Source: an uncultured bacterium
Lineage (GTDB): Bacteria > Auribacterota > JACPWU01
DNA length: 32,000 nucleotides
Reading direction: 5' to 3'
NCBI GenBank assembly: GCA_964640155.1
Contig: CAZXEQ010000005.1
Coordinates: forward strand, 1-32,000
A program made the position numbers and the translations under genes. Below are positions 1 to 9,374 of the stretch, one piece after another (position 1 is the first letter of the stretch; each line of letters begins with the position of its first letter). Under the pieces are notes generated by a model. It was not told where the DNA came from. It made no database searches and worked only from the letters and a program-made list of their open reading frames with translations.

Positions 1-164
1 TATCTATTCTTCTCACCATTCCCCCTGAATATTCGAGAAGATTTAATTGCAAGAACTTATGTTCAATAGCAACCTGTTAAAAGAATAAATCCTTATTGGG
101 CCTCTGTCAATTTTTATTCCTCCTGTTCTTATAATTTATATTTACTCACTTCGGTAGAAATATT

Positions 165-1037
165 ATGATCATCACCCTTATGAGTAAAAAAACTTCTGTG
201 GAAGAATTAAATAAAATTGCGCATGAAATCAGAAAAGACATTATTGTCATGCTTGAGAAATCAGCCTCCGGTCATCCTGGAAGCTCGCTTTCTATAGCAG
301 ATATTGTCACGGCTCTTTTTTTTAGAGTAATGCGTCATGATCCTAAAAACCCTCATTGGGCTGATCGGGATCGCTTTGTATTAAGCAAAGGGCATGCCGC
401 TCCTGCTCTTTATGCTGCTTACGCAAGATCAGGCTATTTCCCTCACGATTGGATTTATTCTTTAAGACAATTAGGATCCCCATTACAAGGCCATCCAGAT
501 CGTCGCAAACTTGACTTTGTCGAAGCATCGACAGGATCACTCGGGCAAGGACTTTCTATTGGGCTTGGAATTGCTTTAGCCGCTAAATTAGACAAAAAAG
601 ATTATCATACCTATTGTGTCATCGGAGATGGCGAATCCAATGAAGGTCAAATCTGGGAAGCTGCCATGTTTGCTTCTCATCATGATTTAGACAACATCAC
701 TGCCATTCTGGATTACAATAAATTCCAACTCGATGGCGCCGTCAAAGATATTTTAGATATGGAACCCATGGGGCAAAAATGGCAGGCGTTTGGCTGGCAT
801 GTTGAAGAAATCAATGGCCATCATATGGATGAAATCTTAGAAGCCATCGAACGTGTTAAAAAAGTGAAACATCAGCCTTCCATTATCATTGCCCATACCG
901 TAAAAGGCAAAGGTGTTTCCTTTATGGAGCATAATAATCACTTTCACGGAGTTGCTCCTACCCATGAAGAAGCTAAACGAGCTCTTTTAGAATTAGGAGA
1001 GAGCGAAAAAAAAGTTGAAGAACTACTGAAAAAGTAA
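165..1037 (+). CDS. Transketolase, N-terminal (thiamine-diphosphate-binding) subunit of a split enzyme
   Basis: 290-aa ORF with GHPGSSLS and GDGESNEGQIWEA motifs typical of the transketolase PP domain. It is followed directly by the C-terminal-half ORF. The start could instead be the internal Met at 180. Confidence 0.9.
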   Translation: MIITLMSKKTSVEELNKIAHEIRKDIIVMLEKSASGHPGSSLSIADIVTALFFRVMRHDPKNPHWADRDRFVLSKGHAAPALYAAYARSGYFPHDWIYSLRQLGSPLQGHPDRRKLDFVEASTGSLGQGLSIGLGIALAAKLDKKDYHTYCVIGDGESNEGQIWEAAMFASHHDLDNITAILDYNKFQLDGAVKDILDMEPMGQKWQAFGWHVEEINGHHMDEILEAIERVKKVKHQPSIIIAHTVKGKGVSFMEHNNHFHGVAPTHEEAKRALLELGESEKKVEELLKK

Positions 1038-1104
1038 GTCATAAGTTATAAGTCGTAAGTTCTAAGTAAAAAGATGTTTTTAAAACTTATAACTGATGAC
1101 TTAC
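1034..1104 (+). repeat. Heptamer tandem repeat (NTAAGTN x5) forming the 5' arm of a 20-position hairpin between the two transketolase cistrons
   Basis: gtaagtc/ataagtt/ataagtc/gtaagtt/ctaagta at 1034-1068. 1034-1053 pairs with 1085-1104 at 19 of 20 positions. The stem begins at the stop codon of the upstream ORF. Confidence 0.7.
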
Positions 1105-1123
1105 CACTTAAAACTGGAGTCTT

Positions 1124-2077
1124 ATGTCTCTTGAAAAAAATTTAGGATTAGCAACCCGGGATGCTTACGGTCAAGCTTTGGTTGAGCTTGGTAAAAAGAA
1201 CGCCAACATTGTAGTTCTTGATGCGGATCTTTCTAAATCCACTAAAACCGAAGCCTTTGGAAAAGCATTCCCAGATCGTTTCATCAATTGTGGAATCATT
1301 GAGATGAACATGGTGGGAGTTGCTGCGGGCCTGGCTCTTTCAGGAAAAACTGTATTTACTTCTTCTTTTGCCTGCTTTCTTATTTGTAAAACTTATGATC
1401 AACTTCGTATGGCCGTTGCCAATCCTATGGCAGATGTAAAAATTGTCGCGTCACATGGCGGCATCAGTGTGGGAGAAGATGGAGCTTCTCAGCAATCTAT
1501 TGAAGATGTTGCTTTGACCACTTCCCTACCTGGATTTACTGTTATTATCCCTTCAGATCAATACTGTGGCAAAGAACTTGTGATACAAGCAGCAGCTCAA
1601 TATGGACCTTTCTATATAAGAACAGGACGACCTAAAGCTGCAATCGTTCATAACGAAAATACAAAATTTCAGATTGGGAAAGGGGTTCGCCTTCGAGAAG
1701 GCAAAGATGTCACGATTATTGCCAATGGCCTCTTGGTATTTGAAGCTTTATCTGCCGCTGACACGCTTTCAAAACAAGGGATTCAAGCTGCGGTAATTGA
1801 TATGCATACGGTTAAGCCTCTAGACCAAGACCTCATTCGAGAAGCTTGTGAAAAGACAGGTGCGATTGTGACCGCTGAGGAGCATCAAATCTGGGGCGGT
1901 CTTGGAAGTGCTGTAGCCCAAGCCGTATCTAAAATCAAACCGGTTCCTATGGAATATGTTGCGATTGAAGATACTTATGCTGAGTCTGGGAAACCTGATG
2001 AATTGCTAGAGCATTACGGACTTACAGAAAAACACATTGTTGAAGCAGCAACAAAAGCTGTTAAACGAAAACGCTAA
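1124..2077 (+). CDS. Transketolase, C-terminal (pyrimidine-binding plus C-terminal domain) subunit
   Basis: 317-aa ORF with IEMNMVGVAAGLA and GEDGASQQSIEDVA motifs. GGAG Shine-Dalgarno at 1116-1119, upstream of the ATG at 1124. Confidence 0.9.
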   Translation: MSLEKNLGLATRDAYGQALVELGKKNANIVVLDADLSKSTKTEAFGKAFPDRFINCGIIEMNMVGVAAGLALSGKTVFTSSFACFLICKTYDQLRMAVANPMADVKIVASHGGISVGEDGASQQSIEDVALTTSLPGFTVIIPSDQYCGKELVIQAAAQYGPFYIRTGRPKAAIVHNENTKFQIGKGVRLREGKDVTIIANGLLVFEALSAADTLSKQGIQAAVIDMHTVKPLDQDLIREACEKTGAIVTAEEHQIWGGLGSAVAQAVSKIKPVPMEYVAIEDTYAESGKPDELLEHYGLTEKHIVEAATKAVKRKR

Positions 2078-2091
2078 ATTAGCGAGCCTAT

Positions 2092-2493
2092 TTATATTTT
2101 TTCTCTGCCAGAAAATCCACCTTCTAAAGTATGCCAGTGCTCCACCTTCTTTTCCCCTAACTTCCAACAAAGTACGACAATTTCATCATCCTTAATATGA
2201 TAAAAATCAATCAAACCCGTATCTGGATCTTTCAATTGATAACCTAAATCATTCATTTCATTCAAAATTTTATTAAATTCTTCCACTAAAACATTTAACT
2301 CTTCTACATCCTTCTGAACAGCTTCATGACTGGGTGCATACACTGCAGAATCAGATACTCCTCCTACAATAAGCTGTGTATCAATATGTAATTGCTTCTG
2401 AAAAACTTTTTCCTTGAGTTGTTGAAGTTTCAAAATATAGGCTTCAAGCTCTGGGATTAATTGATTCACACCTTCTACACTAAAAAATTTCAC
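2092..2493 (-). CDS. DUF2203-family protein
   Basis: 133-aa ORF with a GTG start preceded by AAAGGA. The N-terminal FSVEGVNQLIPELE and C-terminal LCWKLGE..HWH..GGFSGR pattern matches my recollection of DUF2203. Confidence 0.6.
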   Translation of the reverse strand: MKFFSVEGVNQLIPELEAYILKLQQLKEKVFQKQLHIDTQLIVGGVSDSAVYAPSHEAVQKDVEELNVLVEEFNKILNEMNDLGYQLKDPDTGLIDFYHIKDDEIVVLCWKLGEKKVEHWHTLEGGFSGREKI

Positions 2494-2577
2494 GAATTTT
2501 TCCTTTCACGTTCCATACCTTTAGCGTAAGCAAAATGGAATGACTTTTCAATGTAAATTAATAAACAATGAAAATTT

Positions 2578-2642
2578 GTTGTGCGTTATGCGTCTTGCGT
2601 AAAAGAATTTTTAATCCTTATGCTTTACGCAGCCCGCACAAC
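2578..2642. promoter_or_regulatory. Nested imperfect palindrome upstream of the nuo promoter (candidate operator or RNA hairpin)
   Basis: Outer arms GTTGTGCG (2578-2585) and CGCACAAC (2635-2642). Inner arms TGCGTAAA(A)G (2596-2605) and CTTTACGCA (2623-2631). A further GCGTAA copy lies at 2524-2529. Confidence 0.4.
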
Positions 2643-2666
2643 ACATTACCGTCTTTATGAAAAACA

Positions 2667-2695
2667 TTGACGCCAGCCTCATTTTTTCTTAGGTT
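2667..2695 (+). promoter_or_regulatory. Possible sigma70-type promoter of the nuo operon (TTGACG-17 nt-TAGGTT)
   Basis: TTGACG at 2667-2672, a 17-nt spacer, then TAGGTT at 2690-2695, about 50 nt upstream of the nuoA ATG. The -10 element is weak. Confidence 0.25.
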
Positions 2696-2745
2696 ATTTG
2701 AACTTTTTAATGGATTAACCCGTCTTCCTGTTTAAAGGAGAAATC

Positions 2746-3105
2746 ATGTTGTCGAGTTACGCATATGTTTTTGCCTTCATCGTTGTAGGCGTTCTTTTTG
2801 CCCTTGTTTTTACAGGCACACCACTCATTCTTTCTCCCAAAAGCCGAGGGAAGAAAAAAGAGTATACGTATGAAAGCGGAGAAGACACGATTGGAAGCGC
2901 CTGGGTACAATTTGACATTCTCTATTATCTTTTCGCACTCATTTTTATTGCTTTCGATGTTGAAGTCATTTTCTTGTTTCCCGTCATTTTAGTTTATGGT
3001 ATTACTCCTGACCTCGTTAACCTTTCTAAAATTTTAATTTTTATTGGCATTTTAGCTCTTGCACTCGCCTATGCATGGCGAAAAGGACTTTTTCAATGGA
3101 AATGA
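2746..3105 (+). CDS. nuoA: NADH-quinone oxidoreductase subunit A
   Basis: 119-aa, three-TM protein with a YESGED...[10 protein letters not shown] motif. AAGGAG SD 6 nt upstream. First gene of the nuo cluster. Confidence 0.9.
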   Translation: MLSSYAYVFAFIVVGVLFALVFTGTPLILSPKSRGKKKEYTYESGEDTIGSAWVQFDILYYLFALIFIAFDVEVIFLFPVILVYGITPDLVNLSKILIFIGILALALAYAWRKGLFQWK

Positions 3106-3605
3106 CGGAAGCCAAAGATTTTAATTTGGATCAAATGCAGGCATCCGAAGGCTTGGCCTTTTTTAAAATTGACCAATTGTTGAATATGGCTCGGTCTCGT
3201 TCCTTGTGGCCCATGACTTTTGGACTCACCTGCTGTGCGATTGAAATGATGGCCGTGGGTAGCGCTCGATATGATTTAGATCGTTTTGGTCATGGCGTAT
3301 TTCGTCCATCCCCGCGTCAATCTGACGTGATGATCGTCTCTGGTACTATTTCACGCAAAATGGCTCCTCGTATTAAAACACTTTATGATCAAATGCCTTC
3401 TCCCAAATATGTTATTGCCATGGGAGGTTGCGCTATTGCGGGAGGACCTTTTAAGTATCCGGGACAATATTCCATTCTTGAAGGAATTGATAAAATCATT
3501 CCCGTTGATGTCTATATCCCAGGTTGTCCTCCAAGACCTGAAGCCCTCATCAGTGCTATTCTTAAGTTACAAGAAAAAATTACAACAAAAGAAGCGAAGG
3601 CATAA
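3075..3605 (+). CDS. nuoB: NADH-quinone oxidoreductase subunit B (N2 Fe-S cluster subunit)
   Basis: CCAIEMM...GGCA...[10 protein letters not shown] cysteine pattern. The longest ORF overlaps nuoA by 31 nt, so the real start is probably the ATG at 3096 or 3102. Confidence 0.9.
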   Translation: MAKRTFSMEMTEAKDFNLDQMQASEGLAFFKIDQLLNMARSRSLWPMTFGLTCCAIEMMAVGSARYDLDRFGHGVFRPSPRQSDVMIVSGTISRKMAPRIKTLYDQMPSPKYVIAMGGCAIAGGPFKYPGQYSILEGIDKIIPVDVYIPGCPPRPEALISAILKLQEKITTKEAKA

Positions 3606-3608
3606 ACC

Positions 3609-5249
3609 ATGTCAACGCTCATAGAAACCTCCAAAGATACATTTCTTCAAAATATCGCAACAGAATCTGTCAATGAACGTATTTATGCAAAAGACGGGTT
3701 TCATGTTGAAATTATTATTTCCAAAGAAAATTTGAGACCTCTGGCTCAAAGATTTCTACAGCAACAATATTTTCTGGAATGCCACACGATTGTTGATTAT
3801 CCCGACCGATTTGAATCTTGTTATCAATTTAATCGATGGGATAAAACTCATCGCGTGCTCGTCAAAGTCAAAACAGACAAAGCTAATCCTCATTTCCCAA
3901 CCATTTCAGATATTTACGGCGTTGCTAATTGGTATGAACGTGAAGGATATGATTTCTTTGGTGTTATTTTCGACAATCATCCTAATCTTACAAGACTTCT
4001 TCTTCCAGAAACAGCCAACTATCATCCCCTGCGTAAAGATTTTAAGGGAGAAGGCATGCCCACGGATGTGGAAGATGTTTTAAATTTGATGAAATATGAA
4101 GATGCCAAATTTGAAAAGACCAATCCAGAACTTCAGAAAAAATATCAAAAAGACTATTTTATCAACATGGGGCCTCAGCATCCCAGTACTCATGGGGTTT
4201 TGAGGCTTCTTTTGCATTTAGATGGGGAAAGAGTTTTAGGCGCTGAACCTGTCATCGGATATTCCCATCGTGATCATGAACGCATGGCTGAATATAAAAC
4301 CTATATTCAGTTTCTTCCTAATATGGGGCGTTTAGATTATGTAGGAGCCATGGCCTATAATTTTGGTTATGTAGGTTTAATCGAAAAAGCAATGGGACTC
4401 GTCCCTTCCCCACGTTCTGAATATATTCGAGTGCTTACCACAGAGCTGAATCGTATTGCCAGTCATCTGCTTTGGCTCGGAACTTATTTGCTGGATCTTG
4501 GCTCTTTTAGTCCCTTCTTTTATTGCTTTGATGATCGTGAAACCATTTTGGATGCTTTGGAAACCCTTACCGGTGAACGACTGACTTACAATTATTTTCG
4601 TTTTGGAGGTGTCGCATTTGATTTGCCTGAAGAATTCGAAGCTTCTGTTAAAGCCTTTATCCCAAAAATGAGACAACGGCTCAAAGATTATAAAACCTTG
4701 ATTGAAAAAAATATTATTTTCATCAAACGCACCAAAGATATTGGAATTTTGACCAAAGAAAATGCTTTATCTTTTGGAGTCACAGGTCCCACACTCAGAG
4801 CCTGCGGTGTTCCTTATGATTTAAGAAAAATTGAACCTTATTCGGTTTATTCAGAAATGAATTTTGATATTCCTACTTCTAATGGTGGCGATACTTTTTC
4901 TCGTTATCAAATTCGTTTGGCAGAAATTGAACAAAGTTTAAGAATCGTAGAACAAGCTTTAGCAAAGATGCCTTCTGGCCCGATTAAATCTGAAAAAGCT
5001 CCGAAAAGCGCTGTGGGATCTGTGAAAGTGCCTCAAGGTGAAACTTATTTTGCTGTGGAAGCTGCTCGAGGACAATTTGGGACTTATTTGGTGAGTAACG
5101 GCACCACCAATCCTTATCGATTGAAATTGCGTTCACCTTCTTATGCAAATTTGAGTGCACTTGAGACTTTATTAAAAGGACATCTGATTGCAGATGTCGT
5201 TGCAGCCTTAGGCAGTATTGACGTAGTCATGCCGGAAATTGATAGATAA
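3609..5249 (+). CDS. nuoCD: Fused NADH-quinone oxidoreductase subunits C and D
   Basis: 546 aa. The N-terminal third is NuoC-like (ANWYEREGYDFFGV). The remainder is NuoD-like (NMGPQHPSTHGVLRL, C-terminal IDVVMPEIDR). Confidence 0.92.
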   Translation: MSTLIETSKDTFLQNIATESVNERIYAKDGFHVEIIISKENLRPLAQRFLQQQYFLECHTIVDYPDRFESCYQFNRWDKTHRVLVKVKTDKANPHFPTISDIYGVANWYEREGYDFFGVIFDNHPNLTRLLLPETANYHPLRKDFKGEGMPTDVEDVLNLMKYEDAKFEKTNPELQKKYQKDYFINMGPQHPSTHGVLRLLLHLDGERVLGAEPVIGYSHRDHERMAEYKTYIQFLPNMGRLDYVGAMAYNFGYVGLIEKAMGLVPSPRSEYIRVLTTELNRIASHLLWLGTYLLDLGSFSPFFYCFDDRETILDALETLTGERLTYNYFRFGGVAFDLPEEFEASVKAFIPKMRQRLKDYKTLIEKNIIFIKRTKDIGILTKENALSFGVTGPTLRACGVPYDLRKIEPYSVYSEMNFDIPTSNGGDTFSRYQIRLAEIEQSLRIVEQALAKMPSGPIKSEKAPKSAVGSVKVPQGETYFAVEAARGQFGTYLVSNGTTNPYRLKLRSPSYANLSALETLLKGHLIADVVAALGSIDVVMPEIDR

Positions 5250-5257
5250 AATAAAAT

Positions 5258-6214
5258 ATGAACTCTGAACTTTTAAGAATCTCTATTAGTCTTGTCATTG
5301 TCATTGGCTTCATTCTAACCAATGCTTTAGTTTTGGTATGGATGGAACGTAAAGTGAGTGCACGAATGCAAATTCGTCGCGGCCCTCTTTATGTTGGTCC
5401 CTTCGGCCTTTTACAAACCTTTGCGGATGCTTTGAAACTTTTGGGAAAAGAACTTGTTTTCCCAAAAAATTGCGATCGTATTCTTTATTTCCTAGCCCCT
5501 ATTCTTGTTTTTGCCCCTGTCATTGGAACCTTTTTAGTAATTCCTTTTAGTTCATTCTTTTTAATTCAAGATTTGAATATTGGCCTTCTTCTGATTTTCT
5601 CTTTTTCAGGGCTTTCTTTCATTGGTATTTTCATGGCGGGCTGGTCTTCTAATAATAAATATAGCTTGTTAGGCGGTTTACGATCCGTGGCTCAGAATAT
5701 TTCTTATGAAATCCCTCTTCTGCTTTCAACCATGGGCGTTATCATGATTGCCAAATCATTCCGGCTTTCCGATATTGTGGCTGCACAAGCAAATTATCCC
5801 TTTGTTCTGATTCAACCTCTGGCATTTTTGATTTTCTTTATTGCTTCCTTGGCTGAATCCAATCGAGCCCCTTTTGATATTCCAGAAGCAGAATCTGAAA
5901 TTGTTGCGGGTTTCCATACGGAATATTCTGGACTTCGATTTGGAATTTTCTTCATCAGTGAATACACGTATATGTTTATTAATGCAAGTGTCGCGACTGC
6001 TTTGTTTCTGGGAGGAGCACATGGACCTTGGCTTCCAGGGTTGGCCTGGTTTTTCCTGAAAGTTTATTTTCTCATTTTTGTCATCATGTGGGTTCGCTGG
6101 ACATTCCCAAGACTTAGAAGCGATCAGTTGATTACTTTTGGTTGGAAGGTCTTGATTCCACTAGCTCTTTTTAATATGATTTGCACCGCTTTCGGACTTT
6201 ACTTTATTAAATAA
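5258..6214 (+). CDS. nuoH: NADH-quinone oxidoreductase subunit H
   Basis: 318-aa polytopic membrane protein with ERKVSARMQIRRGP and ESNRAPFDIPEAESE motifs. Confidence 0.92.
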   Translation: MNSELLRISISLVIVIGFILTNALVLVWMERKVSARMQIRRGPLYVGPFGLLQTFADALKLLGKELVFPKNCDRILYFLAPILVFAPVIGTFLVIPFSSFFLIQDLNIGLLLIFSFSGLSFIGIFMAGWSSNNKYSLLGGLRSVAQNISYEIPLLLSTMGVIMIAKSFRLSDIVAAQANYPFVLIQPLAFLIFFIASLAESNRAPFDIPEAESEIVAGFHTEYSGLRFGIFFISEYTYMFINASVATALFLGGAHGPWLPGLAWFFLKVYFLIFVIMWVRWTFPRLRSDQLITFGWKVLIPLALFNMICTAFGLYFIK

Positions 6215-6220
6215 GGTTTT

Positions 6221-6715
6221 ATGTCTTATATTACAAGCATATTCTCAGGCTTTTACAGTTTGCTCTCAGGCATGTGGGTCACATTTAAGTTTATGTTCCA
6301 CCGCCCTGTGACAGATCTGTATCCTCGCAAGAAAAAGGCTATGTTTCCTCGCTTCAAAGGACCTACTTCTTTTGTTGTGGATGAAAAAACGGGCGATCAT
6401 CGCTGCATTTCTTGTGATCAATGCGTCAAAGTGTGTCCTTCCTCCTGTATTACTCTGACAAAAGTAAGAGGTGAAGACAAAAAATTTCATTTAACAGAAT
6501 ATAAAGTGGATTATAGCCTTTGCAGTTTATGTAGTCTTTGCATTGAAGTATGTCCAACCGATGCCCTCACCCATGCAAAAGATTATGACATTCCCACTTT
6601 TTCTCAATCAGATCTGATTATTGATTTTCTAAAGCCTTTTTCTGCTAAACACGCTCAAGACAAACAAAAATTACAAACACCGCAAGTCGCTACTCCATCA
6701 TCAGGCACCCCATGA
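6221..6715 (+). CDS. nuoI: NADH-quinone oxidoreductase subunit I (2x[4Fe-4S] ferredoxin-like)
   Basis: Two CxxCxxCxxxCP motifs (CISCDQCVKVCP and CSLCSLCIEVCP). Has a roughly 40-aa polar C-terminal tail. Confidence 0.9.
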   Translation: MSYITSIFSGFYSLLSGMWVTFKFMFHRPVTDLYPRKKKAMFPRFKGPTSFVVDEKTGDHRCISCDQCVKVCPSSCITLTKVRGEDKKFHLTEYKVDYSLCSLCSLCIEVCPTDALTHAKDYDIPTFSQSDLIIDFLKPFSAKHAQDKQKLQTPQVATPSSGTP

Positions 6716-7218
6716 TCAAAGAAATCATTTTCCTTAGCATCGTGATTGTCACTGTTCTGGCAGCCTTCATGGCCGTGGCTTTTAAGAAAACACTTTATAA
6801 CGCTTTTTCTTTAATGCTGTGTTTGGGTGGAATTGCTGGGATTTTTGTATTTTTATCCAGTGAATTTCTCGCTGTTATGGAAATTGTAGTCTATGTCGGT
6901 GCTATTGCAATTGCTATTGTTTTCGCCATCATGTTTTCTCCCCCTCATTTTATGACGCAGGACCGACAAGCCATGAAAACCTTTCGTTCTATTGCAGCCG
7001 CAGCTTTCTTTTTCTTTATGATTTATAGAGTCGTTCAAAAAGGTCCATGGATCGCATCAACGGTGGCTTCTATCCCTGAGGCTGACTTTTCTATTAAACA
7101 TTTGGGAAGTGTTTTATTAGGAGTTTACACACTTCCTTTTGAGATTATCAGCGTGATTCTTTTCATTGCCGTTTTAGGAGCCTTGATTATGGGCAGAAGG
7201 AGAGGAACGGATGAGTAA
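6712..7218 (+). CDS. nuoJ: NADH-quinone oxidoreductase subunit J
   Basis: 168-aa hydrophobic protein in the conserved position between nuoI and nuoK. ATGA overlap with nuoI. Confidence 0.8.
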   Translation: MIKEIIFLSIVIVTVLAAFMAVAFKKTLYNAFSLMLCLGGIAGIFVFLSSEFLAVMEIVVYVGAIAIAIVFAIMFSPPHFMTQDRQAMKTFRSIAAAAFFFFMIYRVVQKGPWIASTVASIPEADFSIKHLGSVLLGVYTLPFEIISVILFIAVLGALIMGRRRGTDE

Positions 7219-7522
7219 TCATTTAGAAACGTATCTTATCTTGTCGGGACTTTTAGCTTCGATTGGTGTTTACGGATTTTTAGAAAGAAAAAATCTGATT
7301 GGGATTTTAATCTCTATCGAGCTTATTTTAAACGCTGCCAGCATTAATTTTTTGGCTTTTAATAAGTTTCTTTTCCCAGATAAAGGGATTGGGCAAGCCA
7401 TTGTTTTATTTATCATTGGTTTAGCAGCTGTAGAAGCTACTTTAGCTTTAAGTATTATCTTAGTACTTTATCGAGGGATGACTTCAATCAACATTGAAAA
7501 AGTAAATCGTTTAAAAGGGTAA
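7211..7522 (+). CDS. nuoK: NADH-quinone oxidoreductase subunit K
   Basis: 103-aa three-TM protein with an ISIELILNAA..LAAVEATLALSI pattern. 8-nt overlap with nuoJ. Confidence 0.88.
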   Translation: MSNHLETYLILSGLLASIGVYGFLERKNLIGILISIELILNAASINFLAFNKFLFPDKGIGQAIVLFIIGLAAVEATLALSIILVLYRGMTSINIEKVNRLKG

Positions 7523-7523
7523 C

Positions 7524-9368
7524 ATGGACTTAACGCTTCTCTTTTTAATCACAGCATCACCGCTGATTGCATTTCTTGCAATCTCTGCTTTGCCCAAGCA
7601 ATTGAAAGGCTTAGCAAGCACTGTTTCCATTGTTGCCATTTTATCTTCCTTTTTTTCAACTCTTGGTATCTTTCTCAAACATCCTGAGATCACGCAAACT
7701 CCTTTAGAAATTCAATGGACTTGGCTGGTTTCACATCCCTTTAGTTTTAATGTGGGTTTTCTGATTGATCGCTTGAATGTTCTCATGCTTTTTATTGTGA
7801 CCTCGGTCAGTTTTTTCGTACAAGTTTTCTCAGTTAATTATATGGCCGAAGAAGGACGAGGAAAATCTCGTTATTTTTCATTTTTATCTCTTTTCTCTTT
7901 CGCCATGGTCAATTTGATTATTTCTAACAATCTTCTTCAAACTTTTATTTTTTGGGAATTGGTGGGACTCGCTTCTTATCTTTTAATTGGTTTCTGGTAT
8001 CAAAAACCTTCCGCAGTGGCAGCGTCTCGAAAAGCCTTTGTGGTGACTCGGTTGGGAGATTTAGGATTTTATTTAGCTGTGGGTCTTTTAGTGCTCCATG
8101 TAGGAAATCTTAATTTTTCATATTTGAATTCAGGGGTCGTTCAGCAAACCCTTTCTACCGGAATGATCACGCTCATCACCCTTTTGATCTTCGCAGGAGT
8201 GATGGGCAAAAGTGCCCAATTCCCTCTTCACATCTGGCTTCCAGATGCGATGGAAGGTCCAACTCCTGTGAGCGCACTTATTCACTCTGCAACCATGGTG
8301 GCCGCTGGTGTTTTCTTAACTGCAAGAAATTTTGCCTTATTCAGTGCTTCTCATACTTCCATGCTCTTTGTTCTTATTTTTGGAACCTTAACTGCTTTAA
8401 CAGGAGCCACTTTGGCTGTCATTCAAAATGACATTAAAAAGATTTTAGCTTACTCCACCATCAGCCAATTAGGTCTTATGATGATGGCCTTAGGCGCTGG
8501 TTCTTATGAAGGGGGTATTTTCCATCTCACAACACATGCCCTTTTCAAATCTCTCCTCTTTTTAACTGCAGGAAGCCTGATTCATCATTTTCATACCAAT
8601 GATATATGGGAAATGGCAAAAAAAGGTTCTCGCTCTCAAAAATTAAGTTTAACTGTTCTTTTGGTGGGCGGACTTTCTCTGGCAGGTATTTTCCCCTTCT
8701 CTGGATTCTGGAGTAAAGATTTGATTCTAGAAGCCCTAGAACATCAACCCATTTTTTATACTGCGGGTTTAATTGTCAGCTTTTTTACATCTTATTATGT
8801 TTTCAGATTATTGTTTATTCTCTATTTTAAATCTTCGGATGCTCATGACCATCCCCATCATCAACTCGGGATTTATACCTTCTGCAACAATTTCCCTTTG
8901 ATTACTTTAGCGATTGGATCCCTCATTGCTGGCTTTATGGGAACAGGCGTTTTCCATCATGTTCTTTTAAAATTTATTTCTCCTGAAGCCCATGGTGAGC
9001 TTTCCATGAAATTGATGCTCACAGGAACAGGCGTTGCTGCTGTTGGATTGATTCTTGCATTGTGGAATTATGTCAAGAAACCTGCTCAACCTGTTGCCAC
9101 TTCTACGGGAGTACGAAAGATTCTCGATAATAAGTATTATCTGGATGATCTTTTCGAAAAAGTTTTTGGGAAAATAATTTTAATGTTTTCAGGTTTTTTA
9201 AACTGGTTTGATAAAACAGTCATTAATGGTCAAATGGTAGACGGTTCCGGCAGAAATACATTTAGGCTGGGTGCCTTGCTCTCAAGACTACAATCGGGAG
9301 AGCTTCAAGACTATTTGATGATGCTTTTTGTGATTAGTTCGGCTGTGATTTATTTTTTACTTAAATAA
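7524..9368 (+). CDS. nuoL: NADH-quinone oxidoreductase subunit L (antiporter-like)
   Basis: 614 aa, with GKSAQFPLHIWLPDAMEGPTPVSALIHSATMV and a C-terminal lateral-helix region. Confidence 0.92.
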   Translation: MDLTLLFLITASPLIAFLAISALPKQLKGLASTVSIVAILSSFFSTLGIFLKHPEITQTPLEIQWTWLVSHPFSFNVGFLIDRLNVLMLFIVTSVSFFVQVFSVNYMAEEGRGKSRYFSFLSLFSFAMVNLIISNNLLQTFIFWELVGLASYLLIGFWYQKPSAVAASRKAFVVTRLGDLGFYLAVGLLVLHVGNLNFSYLNSGVVQQTLSTGMITLITLLIFAGVMGKSAQFPLHIWLPDAMEGPTPVSALIHSATMVAAGVFLTARNFALFSASHTSMLFVLIFGTLTALTGATLAVIQNDIKKILAYSTISQLGLMMMALGAGSYEGGIFHLTTHALFKSLLFLTAGSLIHHFHTNDIWEMAKKGSRSQKLSLTVLLVGGLSLAGIFPFSGFWSKDLILEALEHQPIFYTAGLIVSFFTSYYVFRLLFILYFKSSDAHDHPHHQLGIYTFCNNFPLITLAIGSLIAGFMGTGVFHHVLLKFISPEAHGELSMKLMLTGTGVAAVGLILALWNYVKKPAQPVATSTGVRKILDNKYYLDDLFEKVFGKIILMFSGFLNWFDKTVINGQMVDGSGRNTFRLGALLSRLQSGELQDYLMMLFVISSAVIYFLLK

Positions 9369-9374
9369 GGAAAT

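Noticed and set aside
343-540. Short ORFs on the ORF track that lie antisense to, or out of frame within, long conserved genes. Examples: 343-540, 2707-2910, 2798-2992, 3385-3624, 3790-4083, 4377-4676, 5756-6022, 5841-6059, 6266-6490, 6853-7038, 7511-7693, 9575-9793, 14078-14428, 14359-14553, 18426-18617, 19038-19238, 20314-20502, 22676-22858, 23540-24048, 24367-24591, 25808-26020, 27404-27598, 27712-27894.
   Set aside because: Each lies fully inside a much longer ORF with clear family motifs. They have low-complexity or odd composition and no SD. They are typical shadow ORFs of an AT-rich genome.
165-2077. Two adjacent transketolase half-genes could indicate a frameshifted or interrupted pseudogene.
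   Set aside because: The two ORFs correspond cleanly to the N-terminal and C-terminal subunits of naturally split transketolases. Each has its own stop or start and SD, and they are separated by 86 nt rather than by a frameshift.
2578-2642. Rex (redox repressor) operator. The outer arms TTGTGCG/CGCACAA resemble TTGTGAA-N4-TTCACAA half-sites upstream of a nuo operon.
   Set aside because: The half-sites are 49 nt apart instead of 4, and the flanking bases differ (CG rather than AA). I keep it only as a generic palindrome finding.
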